A stretch of DNA of 64,000 nucleotides from Rhynchopus sp. YZ270_cl-10 (GCA_964035575.1 OZ037835.1:558001-622000); one strand, 5' to 3'. Shown: positions 47,959 to 57,888, counted from the first letter of the stretch. The notes: a model not told the origin generated them from the letters alone. A program made the numbers and translations.

Positions 47959-48754
47959 CAGGGTATAAGCTTGGATTTTGGATTTTTTCCAGAATTAGGT
48001 TTTTTGAATTTTTTTTTTTTGGTGGGGTTATAGCAGGGTATTATATAGCCCCCCTAGCCCCCACCAAAAAGGTGGTTTTGTGTGAGGCAGTCATTTTTTT
48101 CCGTGGGGGAAACGAAGCGAAAAATTTTCTCGGTATTTTGTGACCACGGCAAACCTACACCACCCCAACCCTGCGGAAAAGCCTCCCCTCCTCTGTGCAA
48201 CCTTGGTAGCTTTCAGCCACTGGTGATCCGCAATCCGTAGTGGGTGTCAGCCTTATTGTCGGTAACCTCAATACATTTACAAGAAACGGTGGCCATGGCA
48301 CCCAAAGGTTCCTGGCGAAGCCACGGTATGCAACATTTCTAAAATCGCGCTTTAAAATTGCACTATTTTACAGGCAAACAATGTCATGGGAAGGGTGTGA
48401 AAGCTTGCGCCGCAGGCGCACGGTGCGCTACTTTTATTCTTTTCGCCACATCTTTTTTCTCACTCATAGTTGGGTTCAAGCTCCGTCCGTCAAATGGAGC
48501 TCAACGAACCCTTTTTTGCGGAGCAAAAAAGGAAAAATGGCGCCGCAGGCAAAAAAATTTTAAGGTACAGCCTGGATGGTGCGGTCAGCAACCCAGTTCC
48601 CAAGGGTACTGCGTACTCCCGTGGTTCAACCACGGTTCTTTCCCCCATATTTCCCCCCCCCCCCCGAAATCCAAATCTATATTTTTTTTTTTCCCCCGAA
48701 AAATTTCAGAATTAGGTTTTTGAACCTAATTCTGAGTACCAAGCTAATACCCTG
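47959..48754. mobile_element. 796-bp hAT-type MITE
   Basis: TIRs CAGGGTATAAGCTTGG / CCAAGCTAATACCCTG; 8-bp TSD CGCGCGTT. Confidence 0.85.
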
Positions 48755-49405
48755 CGCGCGTTTGAAAAACTGGACGCGCGTTCGAAAAAACCACTTTTTC
48801 GACGCGCGTTCGAAAAACCTCCCACGTAAACATGAGGCTTCCACTTTTTCGAACGCGCGTTTTTTTTTTTCGTTTTTCAAACGCGCGCAGGGGTTAAGTT
48901 AGCTTTTTTTTTTTCTCGCTGAGTCGGGTTTTCTGGGTTTTTTTCGGTTTTTCTGGATTTTGCGAAAAATAACCCATTCCCTCCGCGAGCGCAGCGAGCG
49001 GAAAAAATTTTAAGGTGCACCTCCGCGAGCGTAGCGAGCGAAAAAAATTTTTCGCAATTTTTGGGCAAAGTTCAAAAATCCCACCAAAAAGTGGGGGACC
49101 CTGGGGATTTTTGGATTTGTCCTAACAATTTTGAAGCATAAATTTGAAGAACAGGACTGGTGTACCCCTCACCGACCTCAGTTCCCACGTCCCTGCCTCA
49201 TCCGCACTCTCGCAACACTAGTACTGAACCCGAAGCTCGCCAGAGATCCCTGTTGCCTCTTCATATGAATCATTCCCAGTTCTGACGGGGGTTTTGTTTG
49301 GGTCGGGAGGATTTTTTTTTCTTAGAGGGTGAGGTGGGGGGGGCTCCGCCCCCACCCCTACCCCACCTTCCCGGCCTACACCACCCAAAAATTTGGATTT
49401 TTTTT

Positions 49406-49589
49406 GTTTTCGTAACGCCAAACTCTTTAACCTTTGTTTGATTGAGCTTACTGAATCGCTCAACTGCGATGGGAAAAATCGTGCGAGTTTTGATCTCGTC
49501 TAAAATTCTTTCTTTAGATGAAATTCGAGATCTGAACTGCTACGATAATTTGAGAAATCCAGAAAGCTTCAGAGATAATGAAATCCCCA
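49406..49589 (-). repeat. Terminal split direct repeat B2 (184 bp)
   Basis: Identical by eye to 51032-51215. Confidence 0.9.
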
Positions 49590-49689
49590 GGGTGGGGCGC
49601 GAAAAAAAGCCAAAGAGAAATAACATAGTTGGTAAAAGAGTCTGACAAAATGATCACTCTGACATATTGATGTATAATGGACAGTAAAC

Positions 49690-50853
49690 CTAGTATTCAC
49701 TCTCACTGTCACTACTGTCCAGGCCAGGGTGGAGGTTAGGATCCTGGACGATGTCCGTCATAGCCCTCTGTCCCAGTTTGTTCCAACAGATGTAGTCCTT
49801 GAACGATCGAGAGTTCCAACTCCCCGCTTTTAGGAGTATCGCTAAATTTGGGTTAGCAATGGACACATCTTGGGCTGCGCCTCTACGAAAGCTGTGCGTA
49901 CCGTAACCGGCTGGTGAGGGATCCTCGTGGGCAGAAGCCTTGCTCTTAACATCCTTAAGAAAGTGGACATAGGAGCACGAGAAAATCTTCTCACCACAGG
50001 ATACCGTATCACGAATGTAGGGCCAGATGATGTGGACCGGACAGGTCTTCCTCCAACCCGCTTGTTCGACTCCGGCACACGTACACCCACGTGACAGTAC
50101 CTCACCGGTGCTGATGTTCTTTCTCTTAGCCAGTACAATGAAAAGTTGGCCTTGAAAACAGAAAACAGAACTGTGGGTCTGGGAGTCCCTGATCCGTTTG
50201 AGCGCAGTGTGGGGGGCGTCATCGAGCGCACCTCTTCGGAGGTCAATGGCTTCGTTTCGGCACCTGAGGAGGAAGACGTAACATAGTACACACAGGAACT
50301 GGAAATGTTGCCGTGTTATATGGGACAGCATGGCTGGGCACAAGACCATCTTGTCAAGAAGAGGAGAGCAGATCGGGTCCTTCTGGCCAGAGCGCTCCTT
50401 CAGTGACGCGAGACCTCTGAGGGTTTCAGACACCACAGCAGTCCGTAGATTGCAGTCACTACCCAAGTAGCGGTGTACCTTCTGGAGTGCACTGATGTTC
50501 GTCTCAGCGTACGCCTTGCACTTGTGGATGGCGATAAAACCACTGAAGTCCACGGGATTAATGGGGAAGTGAGGGATGTCTAGTGCTGTTGCATATGATC
50601 CCCATGCACGTATCGCCGTGAAGTAGGTATACCACGACGCCGGGGAGATCGAGAAGATAATGAGGCGTTGGGCTGCATCCTGAGCCGCAGCTCTAGCATC
50701 AGAAACGCTACCTGCACACATCTCCTCGATCTTACGCTTGAGGCTTAACCGGGGTTCACGCCTCCGAGCGTCACTGTTGCACAAGTCGTTTGTCAAGCGC
50801 GTAACCACTTGATCCGCCGTGATGTTCGAAAGGATTAGGTTAGCGGAGTTCAT
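49690..50853 (-). CDS. Tyrosine recombinase/integrase of the retrotransposon, 387 aa
   Basis: Catalytic pattern FLLRCRNE (R), KRKN (K), YGTHSFRRGAA (HxxR), AGSW...FKDYI (W, Y). Confidence 0.9.
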   Translation of the reverse strand: MNSANLILSNITADQVVTRLTNDLCNSDARRREPRLSLKRKIEEMCAGSVSDARAAAQDAAQRLIIFSISPASWYTYFTAIRAWGSYATALDIPHFPINPVDFSGFIAIHKCKAYAETNISALQKVHRYLGSDCNLRTAVVSETLRGLASLKERSGQKDPICSPLLDKMVLCPAMLSHITRQHFQFLCVLCYVFLLRCRNEAIDLRRGALDDAPHTALKRIRDSQTHSSVFCFQGQLFIVLAKRKNISTGEVLSRGCTCAGVEQAGWRKTCPVHIIWPYIRDTVSCGEKIFSCSYVHFLKDVKSKASAHEDPSPAGYGTHSFRRGAAQDVSIANPNLAILLKAGSWNSRSFKDYICWNKLGQRAMTDIVQDPNLHPGLDSSDSESEY

Positions 50854-50884
50854 CGTGTATGCAAACTCTGGAGTGGGTGGGCGG

Positions 50885-51215
50885 GAGAAATTATAAATTC
50901 TTTAAAGTGTCATGTTAACGATTTGTATCGCATGGAAATCATACCGTATGATTTCGTTAAGCGGTTGCAGAGTTGGCTAGCCGAAAACAAAAAGGCTGAT
51001 ATTTGGTTGCACAAAATATAATCCTTCTTTTGTTTTCGTAACGCCAAACTCTTTAACCTTTGTTTGATTGAGCTTACTGAATCGCTCAACTGCGATGGGA
51101 AAAATCGTGCGAGTTTTGATCTCGTCTAAAATTCTTTCTTTAGATGAAATTCGAGATCTGAACTGCTACGATAATTTGAGAAATCCAGAAAGCTTCAGAG
51201 ATAATGAAATCCCCA
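50885..51215 (-). repeat. Internal B1-A2 junction of the split direct repeats (copy of the circle junction)
   Basis: A2 50885-51027 + TTTT 51028-51031 + B1 51032-51215. Confidence 0.9.
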
Positions 51216-51430
51216 ACGCAGATCTCTGGCTTTCATATCCCAACGCAGGCAAGGAGTTGATCGAGAAGGAGGAAGAGCGATAACGACATAGCTATGATGC
51301 CAAGGAATGATGAGAGGGTAGAACAGGTGAGCAAGGGTGAGCCGCTTTTTTTTTTTTTTTTTTTTATATACTGTAGATAGGACAGGGGAGAAACACAAAA
51401 GGGAGGGAAGGGGGTGGGTCCGAAGGAGAA

Positions 51431-53617
51431 TTACCATTCGTGGAACTCTCTCGAAGCGAAAACGCTCTCAAAGTTCTTAAGGTAACGGAAGCCACGTTCC
51501 TCTAGCCACTGAATGCGACCCAGACTTCGCGACGGCATATCCGCAATGTTAGCTGCAGAAGCAACCCTCTCCAGCCACACACGAGAGGCCCCAGATGAGA
51601 CCGACTCAGACCAGAAGGATCGGACCATAGCATTAATAACAATGCGTTTAGCGTACCCTTTTACAAGGGTCACTTGAGCACACTCATTATCAACGAAAAA
51701 CACTTGGGGAATTTGCTGGTAAGGGAGGTCGAGGGAGGGGAAAAGGGAGGAGAAGAAATGGTTACAGAAACATTGTGCCGAGAGTACGGCCTCCGTTTCG
51801 TATAATTGGATGTTCGCCTCCTCTCGATGTGTCAGGGCTGACAAGCAGCCGCCATAGTAACGGTATTGCTTGTACAAAATACAAACACCCAACAAGCCCA
51901 AGGAGGCATCCGTGTAAACACAAAGGGGTGAACATGGAGAGGAAATAAAACGAGGGTCAATTATTCTGAAAAACGTAGAGCGCTTGAGCGCGTGTAACCA
52001 CCACACAAGAGCCCCCTCCAGGCGGGCTCCAAGAACTAAAAAGTGAGACTTAGAGTACTGTCTCGAATACAAAGGGTGAAGATATGCTCTACCCACGGCA
52101 CCACACATATTCTGCTGGACAAACGATAGTTGACCTAGCAGTTTTGCAGCATCGGTGGAGGAGAGGGAATTGGCGGACAGGATGGACTCAATCTTCGCAA
52201 TCAGGGAGCACTGTCGGTCATCAGCTATGCGGCAGGTAATCAGGGGGGGGGCCGACAAGTCAATACAGACGCCTAGGTACTTCAACAACGAACCTACACG
52301 CTTTTTGGCGTCCCTGAAGACAAGGCCGATGACGTTCGAGAAGAGGTGTTGGAAGTCGTCCGCCATCGACTCAGCGTCGTCCTCGCTGCCCATTAGGAGG
52401 AAATCATCGAAATATCCTGATGTAGGGATGCCCAACTGTCTGCGAGCGGTGCAAACCACGAAGCGTGAGAGCACGTTGTAGTCCAGAACCGCGCTCTCAG
52501 TCCCAAAGCAGAGGACGTTGCTCAGAAAACACTGCAATTGGAGTGAGACGGGGTCCACCGCGACAATCACAGCGTAGCGGCGTTGCGTGGCGTCAACGAT
52601 CAGCGACTTGTAGGCATCGCTCTGATCGAGAACAGCCATAGCAAGCTTGGGGACACCATGCGACTGCAAGCACAGCGCCGTGGCCACAGCATTGTCCACT
52701 CCGCACAGGGAAATAGGTGTGTGGATGCGTGTGCCCTTGTTCGTCGGTCGCGCATTATCGCACCCACGTCGCTTCTGTCCTTGCGCCACGATGAAGCGAC
52801 GGATGGGGATGAAGGAGTCGACGGGGAGGGACTCAGGAGTGTATGGACCCTCCAGCCAGCCTTTGTCGACTTCCGCAGAAAGCTGTGAGCTAATCTCGTG
52901 AAGGTCACCATCTTCAACGCAACGCCGACGCAGAGAATGAAGTACGCTAGCCTCATGGGTGACAAGAAGGGACTTCGACGAGATCACAACCTTCTTCGTA
53001 CTGCGGCTGAGCTTAGGGTCGAAGACACCCACCTCAGAGAGGTCATCAACAACAGGGAAGCCGAAGCCCAGACGCGTGACGAACTCATTCTGTACCCCCG
53101 GAGCGGCGGCACCCATCGCAAGGAGAAGCTCTTCGACGAGAGGGACGTTTATCCGCATCGCAATGTCCTTGGCGGGATGGGAGGGATCGAAGTAGGAATT
53201 GAAGAGAGGTATATTGGCGCGAAGAGAAGAACCCCTGGACTCCCAATAACTGATCCGGTCCTTCCGAAAAGCCCTGTTCTGCGGCGCGGTTCGCGATGCG
53301 TAAGATGCACAGCACGCCACCAAATCGGAATCAAGGTCAGGGAGGGTCACCGGGTCGATGACGAGAGAAGAGACGCATCTCAGGTGGTCTTCAAAGGAAG
53401 AGGCTTCTACAGTGGCGTAGAGCCCTTTTTGCTTCAGGAAAGTATGTGAGAGGCGGGGTGGGATATTAGTAGCGATGGGTTCATCAAGATCGGGACCGGG
53501 AGTGCGCTCGGGAAGGAGTGCGTCAGATCGGAGCCAGACCTTATGCAGGAGGCTATCGGGCGGAGGGAGGGGCGTGTAAATGGAAGCGGGTGTAGGGAGA
53601 GGAGATGCGAGGGGCAG
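51431..53617 (-). CDS. Reverse transcriptase / RNase H (pol) of the YR retrotransposon
   Basis: RT motifs LDQSDAYKSL, CFGTESAV, GYFDDFL, KYLGV; RNase H motifs VYTDAS, NIQLYETEAV, FVDN, NIADMPSR; frame stays open up to the gag stop at 53618-53620. Confidence 0.92.
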   Translation of the reverse strand: MPLASPLPTPASIYTPLPPPDSLLHKVWLRSDALLPERTPGPDLDEPIATNIPPRLSHTFLKQKGLYATVEASSFEDHLRCVSSLVIDPVTLPDLDSDLVACCASYASRTAPQNRAFRKDRISYWESRGSSLRANIPLFNSYFDPSHPAKDIAMRINVPLVEELLLAMGAAAPGVQNEFVTRLGFGFPVVDDLSEVGVFDPKLSRSTKKVVISSKSLLVTHEASVLHSLRRRCVEDGDLHEISSQLSAEVDKGWLEGPYTPESLPVDSFIPIRRFIVAQGQKRRGCDNARPTNKGTRIHTPISLCGVDNAVATALCLQSHGVPKLAMAVLDQSDAYKSLIVDATQRRYAVIVAVDPVSLQLQCFLSNVLCFGTESAVLDYNVLSRFVVCTARRQLGIPTSGYFDDFLLMGSEDDAESMADDFQHLFSNVIGLVFRDAKKRVGSLLKYLGVCIDLSAPPLITCRIADDRQCSLIAKIESILSANSLSSTDAAKLLGQLSFVQQNMCGAVGRAYLHPLYSRQYSKSHFLVLGARLEGALVWWLHALKRSTFFRIIDPRFISSPCSPLCVYTDASLGLLGVCILYKQYRYYGGCLSALTHREEANIQLYETEAVLSAQCFCNHFFSSLFPSLDLPYQQIPQVFFVDNECAQVTLVKGYAKRIVINAMVRSFWSESVSSGASRVWLERVASAANIADMPSRSLGRIQWLEERGFRYLKNFESVFASREFHEW

Positions 53618-55091
53618 TCATTCTTGGCGTTTGCCCTTCCCCTTCGCATGTCTCCCTTGGGTCTTAGGCGTGCCTTTGTCACCTTTGTCCCCTTTGCTCC
53701 CCTTCCGCCCCTTCGCGTCGGAGGGCCTGATGACCTCGAAAGCCGGCGGCGCATACGGGGCAGGATGCTGGAGCGGCGGCTCGTACGGGGAATAGGAGGG
53801 GGCCGGTCGGGTACGGCGTGCACGGCCTGACCTCCCACCACCTGAGTTCCCACCACCTGTGTTGCCACTACCTGTGTTGCCACTACCTGTGTTGCCACTA
53901 CCTGTGTTGCCACCACCTGTGTTGCCACCACCTGTGTTGCCACCACCTGTGTTGCCACCACCTGTGTAGCCACCACCTGAGTACTCCTCACCAGCAGAGC
54001 TCTCGACGATACCGGAGCCGGACAAGTCGAGATGCCGAATCTTATCTACGTCTAGCTTCTGAAGAAGAGAGAGCGCATCAGAAACGGTGGTCTCCGCCGA
54101 AGACTCGTGGACTCGCTGGAAAATCCACGACTCGTAGGTGGTGGAGACCCAAGCCCGCGTCCCCCGGTTCTGGAGCATAGCATGTGTCGCTACAATAGGC
54201 ATAATGGAGGTGACTAGGAGGAGGAGACGTAGGTAGTCGCGTGGTGCCACCGCCTCGCAGACGATTAAGGCTATCGCGTGCCTGGCGCGGACAAGAGAGT
54301 GTAGCAGAGGGGGGAGGACTTCATTCTTCAACTTCGCCGAAGTCTGAAGGAGGAGTGCTTGCTTGGCCTCACGTACCCCCTCAACCGTGTAGGCGAGCCC
54401 CGCCGCATCTACCACTTGCTCGTTCAAGTCTAGAGAAGAAGGGACGAAAGAAACAGAGTGTGCGGCATTGGGGGGGAACAAAATCTTACCCTTGGGGTCC
54501 AGCTGCAGGGGGAGCTTGCACCCGTCCTCGCGCTTGAGCTGGATGGCCCGCACGAGGTCCTGGCTGGGGAGAAGAAGCTCCGGCAGGTTCTCCAACCCCA
54601 GTTCACGCAGTCGCTGGACGATGTTGATCGTCTTCCGCGGGGCGCGGGAGGAGGACGAAGCATTAGTAGTGGTGGCAGGGGCGGCAGCGGCAGTCTTGGC
54701 AATGGCAGCCAGGGTCGCGAGGACAAGGCCAATGTCACCGTCCTGCAAGCCGTCCGTCGACAACGAAGCGGGGGTAGGAAGGACCGCCGGAAGCTCTGCG
54801 AGGTGCACCAGGTTGTACTTAGTCACAACAGCAGTGATGCGCAGGATGGCAGCGATGGAGGGCGCGGGGGATGACGCAGGCCTGGCAGCGACTATCTCGC
54901 ACACCACACAAGCGGCCACGGAGCGCACGTGGGAGTCGTCAGGCGCGTGCTCGGACCTGACAACCAAGTCGTAGGCGTCGTTGAGCTGCGCGGAGACAGC
55001 AGTGGAGAAGGAAGGTGGAGGAGGCGTCTTGTCGACAGCGCACCTGGCGCAGGACGTCCATCTCACTCATCACCAGACGCAGGGTATCCAT
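53618..55091 (-). CDS. Gag-like ORF1 of the YR retrotransposon (predicted exons 55091-55044 and 54985-53618)
   Basis: Lies upstream of pol; basic KGxKG-rich C-terminus; 18-bp (GGGNTG/GSGNTG) repeats at ~53835-53980; the ATG exon joins in frame through a 58-nt GT-AG intron. Confidence 0.75.
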
Positions 55092-55657
55092 GGTGTGAAA
55101 GGATAAACGGGGTCTAAAGAAAATCTGCATGAGGAGGGGGAAGGTGTGGGGGCGGGGTGGGGGTAGAGAAACACTCCCGACGTTGCACACTCCAGAACCC
55201 ACGCAACCCAAGGTCGGACGACGTACTTGGCAGGCCGGCACATGCCACCCATAGACGGCAGACAGGAAGCCAGAAGGCAAACAACACACAGCGGACGTTC
55301 CGGTAGCATCGATCAGACAGTGAGCTGGGCACACGTTCATCTGCAGACAACCGAAGGCTAGGGGGGGAGGTGACCCGAAAGAGGCGATACACGCCGCCAA
55401 GAGTCCCAAGTGGGCGGAACGCTCAGAAACATACAGGCGGACACACAGACTGTGGAGGGAACGACTCGCATTGCAGCAATAGTAAGAAGCTCTCATCCAG
55501 GCAGATCACGTGTCGTGAACGGTTTAGCAATCACAAGTCGCACTCAACCAGGTAGACCTAGTGCAGAGGAGTTAGATGTAGCAATAGCAGTATTCTAGCA
55601 GTAGCAGAAGTAGTAGCAGAAGTAGTAGAAGAAGTAGTAGCAGAAGTAGTAGCAGTA

Positions 55658-56210
55658 GTCATCCGGTGATCTAAACCAGGCTCACTCAGGCAGACCTTGT
55701 GCAAGAGTGGTTATTGTAGCAGTAGCAGTAGCAGTAGCAGTAGTCATCCGGTGATCTAAACCAGGCTCACTCAGGCAGACCTAGTGCAAGAGTGGTTATT
55801 GTAGCAGTAGCAGTAGCAGTAGTCATCCGGTGATCTAAACCAGGCTCACTCAGGCAGACCTAGTGCAAGAGTGGTTATTGTAGCAGTAGCAGTAGCAGTA
55901 GTCATCCGGTGATCTAAACCAGGCTCACTCAGGCAGACCTAGTGCAAGAGTGGTTAGTAGTAGCAGTAGCAGTAGCAGTAGTCATCCGGTGATCTAAACC
56001 AGGCTCACTCAGGCAGACCTAGTGCAAGAGTGGTTATTGTAGCAGTAGCAGTAGCAGTAGTCATCCGGTGATCTAAACCAGGCTCACTCAGGCAGACCTA
56101 GTGCAAGAGTGGTTAGTAGTAGCAGTAGCAGTAGCAGTAGTCATCCAGTGATCTAAACCAGATGCTCACTCAGGCAGACCTAGTGCAAGAGTGGTCAGTA
56201 GTAGCAGTAG
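55658..56210. repeat. Seven 79-85-bp tandem repeats in the 5' leader of the YR element
   Basis: GTCATCC(G/A)GTGATCTAAACCAG at 55658, 55743, 55822, 55901, 55981, 56060 and 56140, separated by (GTAGCA)n. Confidence 0.9.
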
Positions 56211-56591
56211 AGGTAGTCCGAATAGATTACTTAATGTTTAGCAGTAGAGGTAGACACCCAGAGGCCCAGTCCAGACGTTCTCTCCGTCAGAAACAGTGTC
56301 GTGACGGCACAGCCAGGTAAGTAGTTCTCATCCAGGCAGACCCAGTGCCATGGCAGGACGAAGAAGATGGCATGCGGAGAGCCGGAAGGGGCGGGAAGCA
56401 CCCCAACCGAGACAAAGAGGCAAGGGTGGGGGGGGGGGCTTTTTTTCTCAGGGGGGGAGGGGGGGGGGGGGGGGGAAGGTGGGTTTGGCTAGTCTCTACC
56501 ACCTAGAGCAAAAAAAAAACCGTAGAGACACATCAAGGCGCATGAGATCGATCGCAGACGGGCCCACCGCCAGGTCGTAGAGTCTCAAGGC

Positions 56592-56734
56592 GAGAAATTA
56601 TAAATTCTTTAAAGTGTCATGTTAACGATTTGTATCGCATGGAAATCATACCGTATGATTTCGTTAAGCGGTTGCAGAGTTGGCTAGCCGAAAACAAAAA
56701 GGCTGATATTTGGTTGCACAAAATATAATCCTTC
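56592..56734 (-). repeat. Terminal split direct repeat A1 (143 bp)
   Basis: Identical by eye to 50885-51027. Confidence 0.9.
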
Positions 56735-57449
56735 TTTTTTTTTTTTTTGAAAAACCCGAAAACCCGAAAACCGGGTTTTGAAAACCCAGAAACCCGCCCT
56801 AACTTAACCCCTGAACGCGCGTTTTTTTTTCTCGTTTTTTTCGAACGCGCGTTTCTTTTTCGTTTTTTCCAAACGCGCGTTTTTTTTTCGTTTTTTCCGA
56901 ACGCGCGTTTTTTTTCTCGTTTTTTCCGAACGCGCGTTTTTTTTTTCGTTTTTCAAACGCGCACTCGAAAACGCCTAAAAAACGCGAACGCGCGTTCGAA
57001 ACCTATGCTAAAGGGCAAAAAAATTAAAAAAAACACCTAAAAAAACACGGCTCAAGAATGGCCCAAGAATGGCCCAAAAGTGGGTTAAATCGAGGGGCGG
57101 GCCACACCATTGGTCCATAAAAAAAAAAAATATCCCGAAAGGTCAGGGCTCTCAAGATCCTCCACGAAAAAAGCAGAATTTTCGAAATGAGGAGGATTTT
57201 ATTTTTGCAAAAAAACCCCCCAAAAAAAAAATTTTCCCCCCGCAACAAGCGGTCGTGTTCCTGTTTTTTGGGAAAAAACCCTGCCGAAGTGCTGGTTTAT
57301 GTGCCGCTGTGCTACTGAGTCGCCAAATACTGACCTCTATACTACCGAGGATACAATCTTCACTCTGATTTATTTTCGCGGATTAAAATGGTCCAAAATG
57401 AGCACAGAAATGACGAAAATGCACGAAAATTTGTGAACAAAAAATGAAT

Positions 57450-57531
57450 CGCAGTCGGCAGGACTTGAACCTGCGCGGGCAGAGCCCAATGGATTTCTAG
57501 TCCACCTCCGTAACCACTTGGATACGACTGC
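57450..57531 (-). tRNA. tRNA-Ser(AGA)
   Basis: GCAGTCG acceptor stem, anticodon arm GTGGA-CTAGAAA-TCCAT, long variable arm, GGTTCAAGTCC T-arm, G73. Confidence 0.95.
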
Positions 57532-57608
57532 TGTAATTCTCACCGTTCTTTGTTTTTAGGCAGTCATCTGTTTGAAGAAAATAACCTGGAACACGAAAAT
57601 GAAAAAAA

Positions 57609-57692
57609 TCCTCTCGGCCGGAATCGAACCAGCGACCGCTCGATAACCGAGTATTCTACAGTCGAGCGCTCTACCAATTGAGCTACGAGAGG
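57609..57692 (-). tRNA. tRNA-Tyr(GTA) with 11-nt intron (57645-57655)
   Basis: CCTCTCG acceptor (C1-G72, A73); CTCGA-CTGTAG-[AATACTCGGTT]-A-TCGAG; GGTTCGATTCC T-arm. Confidence 0.95.
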
Positions 57693-57815
57693 TTCTACAA
57701 CTGTCATTGTTTTCACAGAAGCCCATAAAAATTTTTGACTCAAAATTTTTTTTTGCCATGCAAACCTGTAGAAATTTGCACCCCATGTATTTCTTAATGA
57801 TACGATAATATCAAG

Positions 57816-57888
57816 GCGAGGTTGGCGCAGTCGGGAGCGCGTAGGTCCCATAATCCTAAGGTCGTCAGTTCGATCCTGGCACCTCGCA
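57816..57888 (+). tRNA. tRNA-Met(CAT), elongator-type body
   Basis: GCGAGGT/ACCTCGC acceptor, U31-U39, CAT anticodon, TTCGA T-loop. Confidence 0.9.

Larger units (their letters stand above)
49406..56734 (-). mobile_element. Full-length tyrosine-recombinase (DIRS-order, PAT/Ngaro-like split-direct-repeat) retrotransposon, ~7.3 kb
   Basis: gag-like, RT/RNase H and YR ORFs; split direct repeats A (56592-56734 = 50885-51027) and B (51032-51215 = 49406-49589); ends defined by the empty-site MITE copy. Confidence 0.92.
48888..56813 (+). mobile_element. hAT-type MITE (family 3, copy a) split by the YR retrotransposon
   Basis: TIRs CAGGGGTTAAGTTAG / CTAACTTAACCCCTG; 8-bp TSD AACGCGCG; its two halves match the uninterrupted copy at 61018-61610. 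Confidence 0.9.
47782..57007. mobile_element. hAT-like MITE rich in AACGCGCGTT palindromes; outer shell of a nested stack
   Basis: Perfect 23-bp TIRs CATAGGTTTCGAACGCGCGTTCG; CTAAAG duplicated at 47776-47781 and 57008-57013. Confidence 0.8.

Noticed and set aside
55658..56210. CRISPR-like regular repeats (also 44859-45513)
   Set aside because: The intervening sequences are themselves repeated rather than unique spacers; no cas genes; eukaryotic context
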